Assembly: GCA_041394245.1 (NCBI GenBank)
Contig: JAWKIR010000004.1
Location: 131,170-195,169 of the forward strand
Length of the DNA: 64,000 bases
Reading direction: 5' to 3'
Source of the DNA: Acidimicrobiales bacterium
Lineage (GTDB): Bacteria; Actinomycetota; Acidimicrobiia; Acidimicrobiales; Aldehydirespiratoraceae
A program made the position numbers and the translations under genes. The notes under the pieces are model-generated. The model had not been told where the DNA came from. It saw nothing but the letters and a program-made list of their open reading frames with translations, and did no database searches. Below, in pieces: positions 35,094-45,614 of this stretch (within the stretch, counting starts at the first letter, position 1; every line of letters begins with the position of its first letter).

Positions 35094-35930
35094 GTGACCG
35101 ACTGGCGCGACCAAAGGGTCGACTCCGACGCGTATCTCGTCGAGGTCGACGGTGACATGATCAAACCGACCTACCTCTGCGGGGGGCCGTGGTCGCCCGA
35201 TGCGCAGCACGGCAGTGCCGTCGCCGCCACCCTGGCCTGGGCGGTCGAGCAGGTCGAGACGCCGGTGCCGATGCGGCCGGTTCGGTTCACGGTCGACCTC
35301 CTGAGCCCCGTACCGCTGACGCCCTTGCGATGGGAGACGACCACGGTCAAGGCCGGCAAGCGCATCGCGGTGATCGACTCGGCCCTCTACGACGGCGAGC
35401 GGCTCGCCGCGCGCGCCTCGACACTGCTGATGCGCAGCGAGGCGACGATCGAGATCCCCGACGACGCCGCCCAGCCGCCGCCGGTGCCGCTTCCGCCGCG
35501 CGAGCCCCTGCCCCAGGACGACTTCGCGGTTCCCGAGGGGTCCGACTGGAGGCCGCCCGGATTCGCGTTCGCGATGGACTACGAGCGCTCGGTGGGTCGG
35601 CAGGGCGAGGGCTCGCCCGCCGTGATCTGGATGCGGCTGCGGTGCCGGACCGTCGCGGGCGAGGAGCCGACGCCGTTCCAGTGGGCGGCCGCGGCGGCCG
35701 ACATGGGCAGCCAGCTCGGCGGGTTCCTGCCGTTCATGCAGTACCGCACCATCAACGCCGACATCAGCCTCCACATCAACCGGCTGCCGACCACATCCTG
35801 GATCGGACTCGACGGCGTGCACCGGGTGGCCGACGACGCGATCGGGCAGACAACGGCGTCGATGTTCGACGAGGTCGGTCTCGTCGGGCAGATGCAGTCG
35901 TCGGTCCACATCGATCGTTGGGCGACCTGA
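35094..35930 (+). CDS. Thioesterase-like (double hot-dog, TesB/4HBT_3-like) family protein
   Basis: 278-aa ORF with a GTG start. GGPWSPDAQHGSAVAATLA near the N-terminus and INADISLHINR in the second half resemble the acyl-CoA thioesterase-like superfamily. This is a recollection, not a verified alignment. Confidence 0.55.
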   Translation: MTDWRDQRVDSDAYLVEVDGDMIKPTYLCGGPWSPDAQHGSAVAATLAWAVEQVETPVPMRPVRFTVDLLSPVPLTPLRWETTTVKAGKRIAVIDSALYDGERLAARASTLLMRSEATIEIPDDAAQPPPVPLPPREPLPQDDFAVPEGSDWRPPGFAFAMDYERSVGRQGEGSPAVIWMRLRCRTVAGEEPTPFQWAAAAADMGSQLGGFLPFMQYRTINADISLHINRLPTTSWIGLDGVHRVADDAIGQTTASMFDEVGLVGQMQSSVHIDRWAT

Positions 35931-35974
35931 GCGGTCGCCCAACCGAGGTCAGGGTTGCATGTGATGGTCGGCGT

Positions 35975-36003
35975 CGGGTGGGAGAGGGGGTACACCCCAC
36001 CCG
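35975..36003 (+). terminator. Hairpin downstream of the thioesterase gene
   Basis: CGGGTGGG / CCCACCCG (8-bp stem, 13-nt loop), 45 nt after the stop at 35930. Confidence 0.3.
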
Positions 36004-36017
36004 AATGACCATCCGGC

Positions 36018-36254
36018 ATGCGAAGAATCCTCGCAGTTCTGTTGTCCGCGTTCTTGGCGACCGGCCTGCTTGCCGTGTCTCCGGCAGGCGCCGTCGGGAC
36101 CGCCAACCTCTCCGTGGTCCACGGAATCCCGGGCCTGACCGTCGATGTCCATGTCGACGTCTATGTCGACGGTGTCCTCACGATCGACGTCTTCGCTCCC
36201 GAAACCGTCGCCGGACCCCTGACCGTCGCCAGCGGCCCCTCCGTCGCGTCCTGA
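36018..36254 (+). CDS. Small secreted protein, DUF4397-like fragment (possibly truncated)
   Basis: 78-aa ORF with signal peptide MRRILAVLLSAFLATGLLAVSPAGA. Followed by LSVVHGIPGLTVDVHVDVYVDG, which resembles the start of a DUF4397 beta-sandwich. It ends 8 nt before the convergent gene. Confidence 0.4.
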   Translation: MRRILAVLLSAFLATGLLAVSPAGAVGTANLSVVHGIPGLTVDVHVDVYVDGVLTIDVFAPETVAGPLTVASGPSVAS

Positions 36255-36261
36255 GTGGTCC

Positions 36262-37101
36262 TCAGTAGCCCTTCCACTCGGGGTTGCGACGCTCGCGGAA
36301 GCTCGCAACGCCTTCTTCGGAGTCGGCGGTGTAGGTGTTGAGCTCGACGGCGAGCGCCTCGTTCTCCATCATCGTCTTGCGATCGGTGTCGAGGCTCTGG
36401 TTGACCAGCCACTTGGTGAAGCCGAACGAGCGGGTCGGGCCGGCGGCCAGCCGCTCGGCCCATTCCATGGCTGCATCCATCAGCTCTCCCTGGGGGACGA
36501 CCTTGTTCGCAAGGCCCCATTCGAGCGCCTTCTCCGCCGACACGTCTTCGGCGAACAGCATCAGTTCCATCGTGCGACGCACACCGATGATCCGCGGCAG
36601 CAGCCATGGACCCAGTGCGTCGGGGACGAGACCGCGGCGGGCGAACACCTCGACGAACTTCGCGTTGTCGGCGCAGATCACGAGATCGCAGGCGAGCGCC
36701 AGGTGGGCGCCCATGCCGGCCGCCGTGCCGTTGACGGCGGCGATGACCGGCACATCGCAGTCGAGCAGGGCCGGGAAGAGTGTGTACTGACCGTCCATCA
36801 TCATCCGGCGGGGGTCGCCGATCACCCGGTCGGGAATGTCGTCGGCCCGGTCGTTCTCGTAGACGTGGGAGAGGTCGGCGCCCGGGCAGAAGAGCTTCTC
36901 TCCGGAAGCGGTGAGGATGACGGCGCGAGCCCGGTGATTGACGTTGAACTCGTTGAAGAGATCGCGGATGCGGTTGCGACACGGGGGGTTGAGTGCATTG
37001 CCGACGTGAGGGCGATCGATGGTGATCACCGCCACCTTGCCGTGGTAGTCGAGGCGGATCTCGTCGTCGATCGAACGTTCGGTTTCTTCAGCGTCGGCCA
37101 T
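36262..37101 (-). CDS. Enoyl-CoA hydratase/isomerase (crotonase) family protein
   Basis: 279-aa ORF. Strings VAVITIDRP, NALN, VILTASGEKLFCPGADL and AAVNGTAAGMGAHLALACD (oxyanion-hole segments). Confidence 0.85.
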   Translation of the reverse strand: MADAEETERSIDDEIRLDYHGKVAVITIDRPHVGNALNPPCRNRIRDLFNEFNVNHRARAVILTASGEKLFCPGADLSHVYENDRADDIPDRVIGDPRRMMMDGQYTLFPALLDCDVPVIAAVNGTAAGMGAHLALACDLVICADNAKFVEVFARRGLVPDALGPWLLPRIIGVRRTMELMLFAEDVSAEKALEWGLANKVVPQGELMDAAMEWAERLAAGPTRSFGFTKWLVNQSLDTDRKTMMENEALAVELNTYTADSEEGVASFRERRNPEWKGY

Positions 37102-37163
37102 TCGGCGAATCTACCGATCCGGGTGCGCCGCGGTCGCATCGCACGTGGCTATCGTCGGCCGCC

Positions 37164-38861
37164 GTGCCTGCGCCCCGGTCGATCACGCTTCGGAAATGGC
37201 AGCACTCGGCCCTGCGCGATTTCCTCGACAAGGTCGTCAGGGAAAAGGACATCGAGGGTGGGCATCGCGACTTCCTCGCCGTTGCCTGCCCGGGGGCCGG
37301 AAAGACGACCTTCGCCCTCACGGCGGTGCGTCACTGGCTGGCGGGGGAACGTCGTCCCTTCGTGGTCGTCGTCCCCACCCGGCACCTGAAGCTGCAGTGG
37401 GCGTCGGCGGCCGAGCGGTTCGGGTTCCACCTCGAGCCCGACTGGGAGGGGCGCGAGCCGACGGTGCCGGCCGACATGCACGGCATCGTCGTGACCTACG
37501 CCCAGGCCGCCACTTCGTCCCGCCTCCTGCGCACGCTGAGCGAGGGCGGCATCGTCATCCTCGATGAGATCCATCACGCCGGTGGTGACAAGACCTGGGG
37601 CGACGGCGTCGAGGAGTCGTTCGAGCGTGCGGGCGCCCGTCTTCTGCTCTCGGGCACACCGTTTCGCTCCGACGATGCTCCGATCCCGTTCGTCACCTAC
37701 ACCCTCGGCGATCACGGCGACGCAGTCGCGGACTACGAGTACGACTACGGAAGCGCGCTGGTCGACGGTGGCGTCGTCCGGCCGGTCTTCTTCCCGCGAT
37801 TCGACGGCCACATGGAGTGGATCGGGGCGGATGGTTCGCTGAAAGAGGCGAGCTTCGGCGACGACCTCGACCAGGAGGATCGCAGTGCCCGGTTGCGCAC
37901 CGCCCTGAGCGTCGACGGCGACTGGCTGTCGACGGTGCTGGTCAAGGCCGATGAACGACTGCGATCGATCCGGCGACAGTCGCCCGAGGCGGGTGGTCTC
38001 GTGATCGCGATGGACCAGGAGCACGCCCGCGGCATCGCCAATCTGCTGGAACGCTGGACGGGGGAGCGGCCCGCTCTCGCGGTGAGCGATGATCCTCGGG
38101 CCTCCCACGTCATCGCCGAGTACGCGCAAAGTGACGAACCGTGGGTGATCGCGGTGCGGATGATCTCCGAGGGCGTCGACATTCCACGCCTGCGGGTGGC
38201 CGTCCATGCCACCACCACGATCACGCCGTTGTTCTTCCGCCAGGCGGTCGGCCGCATCGCTCGATGGACTCCTGGGCACAAGTCGCAAAAGGCGTACTAC
38301 TTCGTCCCCGACGATCCTCGTCTGCGACATCACGCCGCGACCCTCGCCGAGACACGGCGTCACTCGATCGACAAGCGGATCGCGAACGACGCCCAGAAGG
38401 AGTCGGCGCTCGACGACCTGACCCGGGCCGTCGAGATCGAGGAGCAGCCGTCGTTGTTCCAGGCGTTGTCGTCCACCGCGATGGACACCGGCGACAGCGG
38501 CGATGCGCTGTCGTCGATCGACGACGGCACCGACCCTCACGAAGACGTGGTGGTCGAGATGGACGAGCTCGCCGGCCTGCCGGTCGATCTGCCACCACCG
38601 CCTGCGCTCCCGGGCCGAGGCGCCGACCCGCGGGCCGCGCTCGGGGATCTCCGTTCCAAGCACGCGCGCAAGAAGGACCTGCGGCAGTGGAACGCCGACC
38701 GGGTGCTCGAGCTCGTGCGGTCCACCGGGATGGACCACCGGTCCGTCAACGCGGAGCTGAACCGCCGGAGCCAGGTCGAACGGGTCGGTGAGGCCGACGA
38801 GGCCGCGCTGCGTCGCCGGCTCGACACCGCGAACGCGTGGCTCGAGAGTCTGCGCCGCTGA
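37164..38861 (+). CDS. SF2 DEAH-box DNA/RNA helicase (ResIII-like core) with ~150-aa C-terminal extension
   Basis: 565-aa ORF with a GTG start. Q-like RKWQ, Walker A ACPGAGKT, motif II ILDEIHH, motif III LSGTPFRSD, motif VI-like FRQAVGRIAR. Confidence 0.8.
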   Translation: MPAPRSITLRKWQHSALRDFLDKVVREKDIEGGHRDFLAVACPGAGKTTFALTAVRHWLAGERRPFVVVVPTRHLKLQWASAAERFGFHLEPDWEGREPTVPADMHGIVVTYAQAATSSRLLRTLSEGGIVILDEIHHAGGDKTWGDGVEESFERAGARLLLSGTPFRSDDAPIPFVTYTLGDHGDAVADYEYDYGSALVDGGVVRPVFFPRFDGHMEWIGADGSLKEASFGDDLDQEDRSARLRTALSVDGDWLSTVLVKADERLRSIRRQSPEAGGLVIAMDQEHARGIANLLERWTGERPALAVSDDPRASHVIAEYAQSDEPWVIAVRMISEGVDIPRLRVAVHATTTITPLFFRQAVGRIARWTPGHKSQKAYYFVPDDPRLRHHAATLAETRRHSIDKRIANDAQKESALDDLTRAVEIEEQPSLFQALSSTAMDTGDSGDALSSIDDGTDPHEDVVVEMDELAGLPVDLPPPPALPGRGADPRAALGDLRSKHARKKDLRQWNADRVLELVRSTGMDHRSVNAELNRRSQVERVGEADEAALRRRLDTANAWLESLRR

Positions 38862-38872
38862 CCGGTCGGTTC

Positions 38873-38890
38873 GTGGGCCGCGTGGCCCAC
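38873..38890 (+). terminator. GC hairpin downstream of the SF2 helicase gene
   Basis: GTGGGCC-GCGT-GGCCCAC (7-bp stem, 4-nt loop), 12 nt after the stop at 38861. Confidence 0.4.
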
Positions 38891-39049
38891 TCCGCCCCCT
38901 CGCGATTGTGCCGAACGTATGGTTTCCGCCCCGGCGACTCAGATCCGGGAGACAATGAGCCGAACCTTGTATGACGGGTGCCACTCGGTTCCTGCCGGGT
39001 TTCTTCGGAATTCGGAAACAACACTCGGAGCGGAGACGTTGTGGAGTCC

Positions 39050-39307
39050 ATGAGCGAGTTCGATCTGGAACGCACCATTCAGCTTCTGCGTGACGCCATC
39101 GATGGCGACATCTGCAGCCGATCCCGCGTCATCGATGCGTTGCTGGATCTGCGGCTGGATGCGGCTCGGCGCCCCGATGTGGTCGACCTGGTCGACCGGT
39201 CGCTGGCCGCCGTGCCCGGCAAGCACATGGTTCCCGCCGAGTGGTGGCGTGACCAGCTCGACATGCTCGAGATGGCGGCCATCAACCCGGCGGAGCCCGT
39301 CGGCTGA
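39050..39307 (+). CDS. Hypothetical small acidic protein
   Basis: Track ORF 38978..39307. ATG 39050 is preceded by GGAG. The 85-aa product MSEFDLERTIQLLRDAIDGD... has normal high-GC third-position codon bias. No family recognised. Confidence 0.45.
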   Translation: MSEFDLERTIQLLRDAIDGDICSRSRVIDALLDLRLDAARRPDVVDLVDRSLAAVPGKHMVPAEWWRDQLDMLEMAAINPAEPVG

Positions 39308-39382
39308 ACCGGCGAACTCACGGCGGGCGCGCCGGCGGACGGACCGTTGACCGCGACCCGCTGCGTGCGTAGCGTCGGCGGC

Positions 39383-40171
39383 ATGCCGGATCGTGACGCC
39401 TACCCCGAGGGGACCCCGTCGTGGGTCGACCTCGCGACCACCGACGTCGAAGGATCGAAGGCGTTTTACTCGGCCCTGTTCGGCTGGGAGTGGGAAGCCG
39501 ACGACACCGACGACCCCGACAGCCAGTACCACATGGCGTCGCTGCGGGGCCGGTCGGCCGCGGGGATGATGCAACAGTCGCCGGAGCAGGTCGCCATGGG
39601 GATGCCGCCGGTGTGGAGCGTCTACATCACCGTCGACGACATCGATGCGTCCACGGCCGCGGTCGAACGGGCCGGCGGGTCGGTGATGGTCCCACCCTTC
39701 GACGTGATGACGGCCGGCCGGATGGGTGTCATGGTCGACCCGACCGGTGCCGTCTTCTGCCTCTGGCAGGCCAAGGAGCATCCCGGCTGCGGCGTGGTCA
39801 ACGAGCCTGGCGCGTTCACGTGGGCCGAGCTCGTCACCGCCGATCAGCCGGGCGCGGCGGAGTTCTACGGGAAGGTGCTCGGCGCGACCAGCTCGACCAT
39901 CGAGATGGAGGGGCTGGGGGCGATGACGACCTTCGAGGTGGCCGGTGAATCCGTCGGTTCGGCCATGCCCATCCCCGCCGAGGGGATCCCGCCGATGTGG
40001 ACGACCTACTTCGCGGTGGCCGACTGCGACGCCGCATGCGCGACGATCGCGGAGCTCGGAGGGCAGGTGACCTTCGGTCCCTTCGATGCCGAACCGGGCC
40101 GGATCGCTGCGGTCGCCGACCCTGCGGGCGCCCATTTCTCGATCATCGCTCTGGCCCAACCACCTCAGTAG
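39383..40171 (+). CDS. VOC (glyoxalase/bleomycin-resistance/dioxygenase) family protein, two-domain
   Basis: Track ORF 39347..40171, with start at ATG 39383. Duplicated module: WVDLATTDVEGSKAFYSALFGWEW ... GRMGVMVDPTGAVFCLWQ, then WAELVTADQPGAAEFYGKVLG ... GRIAAVADPAGAHFSI. Confidence 0.75.
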   Translation: MPDRDAYPEGTPSWVDLATTDVEGSKAFYSALFGWEWEADDTDDPDSQYHMASLRGRSAAGMMQQSPEQVAMGMPPVWSVYITVDDIDASTAAVERAGGSVMVPPFDVMTAGRMGVMVDPTGAVFCLWQAKEHPGCGVVNEPGAFTWAELVTADQPGAAEFYGKVLGATSSTIEMEGLGAMTTFEVAGESVGSAMPIPAEGIPPMWTTYFAVADCDAACATIAELGGQVTFGPFDAEPGRIAAVADPAGAHFSIIALAQPPQ

Positions 40172-40187
40172 CTGGCAGTCTCCGGTC

Positions 40188-40938
40188 ATGACCCGACCGG
40201 ATCCCTCGCCCACCTCTGCCGTCGTGATCACCGGCGGCGCGTCCGGCATCGGCCGGGCCTGCGCCGACGCGCTCGCCGCGGTCGGCCGACCCGTGGCCAT
40301 CTGGGACCTGCAGGCCGACGCGGCGGCCGCCGCGGCCGAGTCGGTGGCCGCGGCGCACGGCGTCGCCGCCATCGGCCTCGGCATCGACGTCACCCGGACC
40401 GACGACCTCGATGCCGCGGCGGCCGATGCCGCGTCGGCGCTCGGACCCATCGGTGGGCTCGTCCACGCAGCCGGGACGGTCAGCGCCGATGTCATCGGAG
40501 CCCTCGACCATCCGGCGTGGGACAAGGTCGTCGACGTCAACCTCACCGCCCACGCGATGCTGACCCAGGCGCTGCTGCCCCATCTGCGGGCCGGCGGACC
40601 GGGCGCGGCCGTCGTCGCCATCTCGTCGATCGAGGGCCTGATCGGCCATGCGTTCATCCCCGCCTACTGCGCCTCGAAGGCCGGCCTTCTCGGCCTCACT
40701 CGGTCGATGGCGGCCCAACTGGCGGGCGACGGCATCAGGGTCAACGCCGTGTGCCCCGGCTACATCGACACCCCGCTGCTCCCGCAGGGCGACGGTCTCA
40801 CCGAGATCTACACGCAGGGCCAGCCGATGGGGCGGCTCGGGCGGCCCGAGGAGGTCGCCGCCGCCGTCCGCTTCCTGCTCTCCGACGAGGCATCGTTCAT
40901 CACCGGGACCCAGCTCGTCGTCGACGGCGGTTCCACCT

Positions 40939-40949
<11 letters not shown>
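40188..40949 (+). CDS. Short-chain dehydrogenase/reductase (SDR)
   Basis: Track ORF 40086..40949, with start at ATG 40188. Motifs TGGASGIGRA, NAAG-like HAAG, catalytic YCASKAG and PGYIDTP. Confidence 0.9.
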
Positions 40950-42123
<1,174 letters not shown>

Positions 42124-42129
42124 GGGGCG

Positions 42130-44886
42130 TCAGTCGCGTCGGGCCGGGGTGGCGGGCCGGAAGTGGTTGGCGAGGCCCGAGACCGTCCATGCGCCTGCGG
42201 CGGCCACCGACGGGATGACCACCAGGAGGACACCGACCACCAACCACGGCACCTGGATGTTGTCGGTGGCGTACGAGTCGATGCCACTGTTCGCCACGCG
42301 GTCGACCACCCAGGTCGGCGCGAAGCCGAGCGGGATGCCGAGCCCGATTCCGACGAGCGCCAGCACCGCGGCCCGAGCGGCAGCTTGTCGTCGCATCGAC
42401 GACGGACGCGCACCCACGATCGTGAACGTGTCGCGCTCCTCGCGGCCTTCGGCGGCGGCCAGCGCCAGGCCGATGGAGACGACCAGCAGGCTCAGCGCCA
42501 GGGCCGCGCCGAGGATCACCAATCGGGCGATCCAGAGGTCATCGGCCGACGAGGACTGCCAGCGAGGGTCCTCGTACCACATGTCGAAGTACTCGTCCTG
42601 CACGGCACCCGGCTGGTCGCTGCCATCGAGACGGGAGGTGTCGCCGGGTTCGATGAACGCATCGACGGACGTCCCCCAGAGCTCGTTCTGGAGTGCAGAG
42701 AGCTGGTCGAGCTGTGTCGTTGTGAGGTCGGCGCCGGCACGGATGATGACCCCCGTCTCCACGATGGTGAACCCGGCATCGGCCGCGGCCTGCTCGGTGA
42801 TCAGGAGCTGGCCCGTCCACGGGTGGTCGAGAGGATCGGCCCCGAACGCGTAGGGAACGGTGATCACTCCGCCCTCCGAGCGATACTCGGCGGTCGGCGA
42901 CCCCGAGACCGGGTCCTCCGCCTCGTTCGCGAAGCCGTCGCCGTCGGATGTCACGGCGTAGCCGTCGGCGATCCGTGGCTGCATCGCACCGGTCGCGGCC
43001 AGCGCCGTCCGGTCGGCGGGCGACACCCCCAAGAGGTCGAGGAGGGCGGGAGTGGCGATCATCGGCCCCGAGGGGTCGTTGTAGTCGACGGACGGGTCGA
43101 ACGGCGCCGGGTCGAACGTCGCGACCGCATAGGGGAAGACGTCGCCGTCGGGAGCGATCGCCGCGATGGCCGCCATCGTCGACGGACGCACCTCGACGCC
43201 GACCAGCGGGCCGTAGTCGGTCAGATCGATCGAGTCGCTCGCCACCGTGAACGACTGGCTCGCCGACACCACGATCGCATCGGCCGGCAACGCCGCCTGA
43301 CAACAGTTGCTGTCCTCTCGCAGCACCAGCTCGGCGATCGCGGCGACGGCCGTGGCGCCGCCGACGGTGACGGCGATCGCCGCCACGACGGCCGCCGACC
43401 GGCTCCGGGAACGGGCCAGGCTGCGCAATGCCATCCGCCACGAGAGCGAAGATCGGTGGCCGAGCCCACCGATCTTCTCGATGACCAGTGGCGCGGCGCA
43501 GCAGGTGCCGAACACCATCGCCGTCCCCCCGATCACGACGAGCAGGGCCCAGATGTTGCTGCCCTGTGTGTCGCCCTTGGCTCCGAGTGCTGCGACGGCC
43601 ACGAGCCCGAGTCCGCCGAAGAGCAGTGCCAGCCCGGTCGGAACGAGCCACGGGGCCGGTGTCCCGGTCGGGCGGCGTCCGGCGAGGGCGGTCATCACCG
43701 GAACCCGCGCTGCGGATCGGGCGGGGACCGCAGCGGCGATCGTGGCCGCCACGACCGCGGTGATCGTGATCACGACGATGTCGGTGACCGAGAACCGGAA
43801 CGCGCGTATCTCGTGTTGCACGATGTGGCGGGCGATGAGCGATCGTGTCAACGGAAGCAGGGCCAGGCCCCCCGTCACGCCGACGATCGCGCCGACGACC
43901 CCGGTCCACGACCCTTGGAGCGCCAGGGTCCGACGGACCACCGCCTCCGAAGCCCCGTTCGACCTGAGCTGCCCGATCGTGACCAGCTGGCGACGAGCGC
44001 TCGTGGCGAAGGCCGCAGCGACGATGATGCCGACGGCGACGAGGGCCAACACGCCCGCCACGAAGCCCCAGGCCATCCCGGTGTCGAGATCGTCCGGACG
44101 GGAGTTCGGGTTGTCGTAGCGGGTCAGACCGCCCCGCTCGGCGGCGATCCTGCGGATCGTGTCGACGGGGGTGCCGTCGGGCAGGTCGATCCATGTCATC
44201 GGTGCGCCGTAGTCGGGCGAGATCCGGGCCGTGTCGAACCCGGGGATGATCAGCGGATCCTGGGAGTAGTTGCCGCGGATCTCGCCGAGTCCGGCGACGA
44301 GCCAAGTGCCGGACGGGCGGGTCAGCGTGAGCTGGTCGCCGGCTCCGATGCCGAGCCGGCCGGCGAGGTCCGTGCCGAGCAGCACCTCGCCCGGCTCCGG
44401 CGCGCGACCGGAGGTGATGTCGATACCCGCGGTTGCCGCCTTGTCGCTGAACGTCATGTTGCCGAACTGGACGTAGGCGACCGTGGTGTCTCCTTCCCTG
44501 TTCGATGCGGTGACGGGCGTGCCCGTCCAGAGGTACTCACGGGTCGTCGAGCCGTCCGGCAACGGTGTCAGTGCAGTGGAGCCATCGTCGTCCGATGCCA
44601 CCGTCGATGTGGACGCGCCGAGCACGATGTCGGTGTCGCCGTAGTCGCGCTGGTAGTCCAGCGACCAGTCGGCGGCGTTGGTGCGGGCGACGATGCTGCC
44701 GTTCGTCATCGCGGCAACGGGTACGGCGATCAGGAGTGCCGCGAGGATCGTGCGACCGGGGCGACGACGGACCTCTCGCCGGGCGAGGCGGCTGGCGAAG
44801 CGCCACGCAGGGACGGCGGAGCGCGTGACCGGCTCGCAGGCCGGCGGTGGCACGGTCATGGCGGGGGGGTCGTCGACCAGGGTCAT
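42130..44886 (-). CDS. ABC transporter permease, FtsX/MacB-type with duplicated FtsX module
   Basis: Track ORF 42130..44976. ATG 44886 forms an ATGA overlap with the ATPase stop. The 918-aa product has N-terminal RREVRRRPGRTILAALLIAVPVAAM, two large extracytoplasmic domains, and two 3-4-helix FtsX-like bundles. Confidence 0.8.
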   Translation of the reverse strand: MTLVDDPPAMTVPPPACEPVTRSAVPAWRFASRLARREVRRRPGRTILAALLIAVPVAAMTNGSIVARTNAADWSLDYQRDYGDTDIVLGASTSTVASDDDGSTALTPLPDGSTTREYLWTGTPVTASNREGDTTVAYVQFGNMTFSDKAATAGIDITSGRAPEPGEVLLGTDLAGRLGIGAGDQLTLTRPSGTWLVAGLGEIRGNYSQDPLIIPGFDTARISPDYGAPMTWIDLPDGTPVDTIRRIAAERGGLTRYDNPNSRPDDLDTGMAWGFVAGVLALVAVGIIVAAAFATSARRQLVTIGQLRSNGASEAVVRRTLALQGSWTGVVGAIVGVTGGLALLPLTRSLIARHIVQHEIRAFRFSVTDIVVITITAVVAATIAAAVPARSAARVPVMTALAGRRPTGTPAPWLVPTGLALLFGGLGLVAVAALGAKGDTQGSNIWALLVVIGGTAMVFGTCCAAPLVIEKIGGLGHRSSLSWRMALRSLARSRSRSAAVVAAIAVTVGGATAVAAIAELVLREDSNCCQAALPADAIVVSASQSFTVASDSIDLTDYGPLVGVEVRPSTMAAIAAIAPDGDVFPYAVATFDPAPFDPSVDYNDPSGPMIATPALLDLLGVSPADRTALAATGAMQPRIADGYAVTSDGDGFANEAEDPVSGSPTAEYRSEGGVITVPYAFGADPLDHPWTGQLLITEQAAADAGFTIVETGVIIRAGADLTTTQLDQLSALQNELWGTSVDAFIEPGDTSRLDGSDQPGAVQDEYFDMWYEDPRWQSSSADDLWIARLVILGAALALSLLVVSIGLALAAAEGREERDTFTIVGARPSSMRRQAAARAAVLALVGIGLGIPLGFAPTWVVDRVANSGIDSYATDNIQVPWLVVGVLLVVIPSVAAAGAWTVSGLANHFRPATPARRD

Positions 44887-45614
44887 GCCATCACCGGGCC
44901 TGCGGGTGCGGTGTAGCCGGCGGACGACTCGTCGACGAGCTTGCCGTCGCGGACGAAGACCACCCGGTCGGCCCACGATGCGAATCGCGGTTCGTGGGTG
45001 ACCATCACGACGGCGACGCCGGAGCGAGCCAGTCCGGCGAGGACCTCGACGACCTGATCGGACGTGAGGGTGTCGAGCGCCCCGGTCGGTTCGTCGGCGA
45101 AGATGACCTGTCGCTCACCGACGACTGCACGGGCGATGGCGATCCGCTGCTGTTGACCACCGGAGAACGAGTCGGGGTAGCGGTCGATCTGCTGCTCGAT
45201 CCCGACCCGCACGAGTGCCTCGACGGCGGCAGTACGGGCTGCCGCTCTCGGGAGCCCGTCCAGTTCGAGCGGGAGCATGACGTTCTCGAGCGCCGTCAGC
45301 GAAGGGACCAGGTTGAGCGACTGGAACACGTAGCCGAGGTGACGCCGCCGGATCTCGGCGAGTCGAACGGCGCCCACCGACGAGAGATCCGTGCCGTCGA
45401 AGAGGACCTGTCCGGCCGTCGGCAGCTCGAGTCCTCCGCCGAGGTGGAGAAGGGTCGACTTGCCGCACCCGGACGGACCCATGATGGCGACGAACTCACC
45501 GGGTCGGATCGAGAGATCGATGCCGTTGACGGCCCGCACCTCGGTGGTGCCGGCGCCGAACGACTTGACGACGTCGCGGAATTCGACGATCGGGATGAGG
45601 GACTCGGGGGTCAT
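44883..45614 (-). CDS. ABC transporter ATP-binding protein (MacB/LolD-like)
   Basis: C-terminal 244 codons of track ORF 44883..46211. ATG 45614 forms an ATGA overlap with the PadR stop. Walker A GPSGCGKST, Q-loop YVFQS, signature FSGGQQQR, Walker B VIFADEPTGALD. Confidence 0.9.
   Translation of the reverse strand: MTPESLIPIVEFRDVVKSFGAGTTEVRAVNGIDLSIRPGEFVAIMGPSGCGKSTLLHLGGGLELPTAGQVLFDGTDLSSVGAVRLAEIRRRHLGYVFQSLNLVPSLTALENVMLPLELDGLPRAAARTAAVEALVRVGIEQQIDRYPDSFSGGQQQRIAIARAVVGERQVIFADEPTGALDTLTSDQVVEVLAGLARSGVAVVMVTHEPRFASWADRVVFVRDGKLVDESSAGYTAPAGPVMA

Noticed and set aside
38862-39049. The 189-bp intergenic region with two CCGCCCC motifs and a TTCGGAA tandem, as a possible 6C-type small RNA.
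   Set aside because: In the folds I could draw, the C-runs fall in stems rather than in two C-rich loops. No promoter/terminator pair brackets a discrete RNA. This cannot be supported by eye.
42163-44916. 917-aa plus-strand ORF and 588-aa minus-strand ORF (42539..44305) over the ABC permease.
   Set aside because: They have shadow-frame composition (Arg/Asp/Gly/His or Arg/Pro runs). The 42130..44886 minus frame has FtsX-type TM bundles and is chained by an ATGA overlap to the ATPase.
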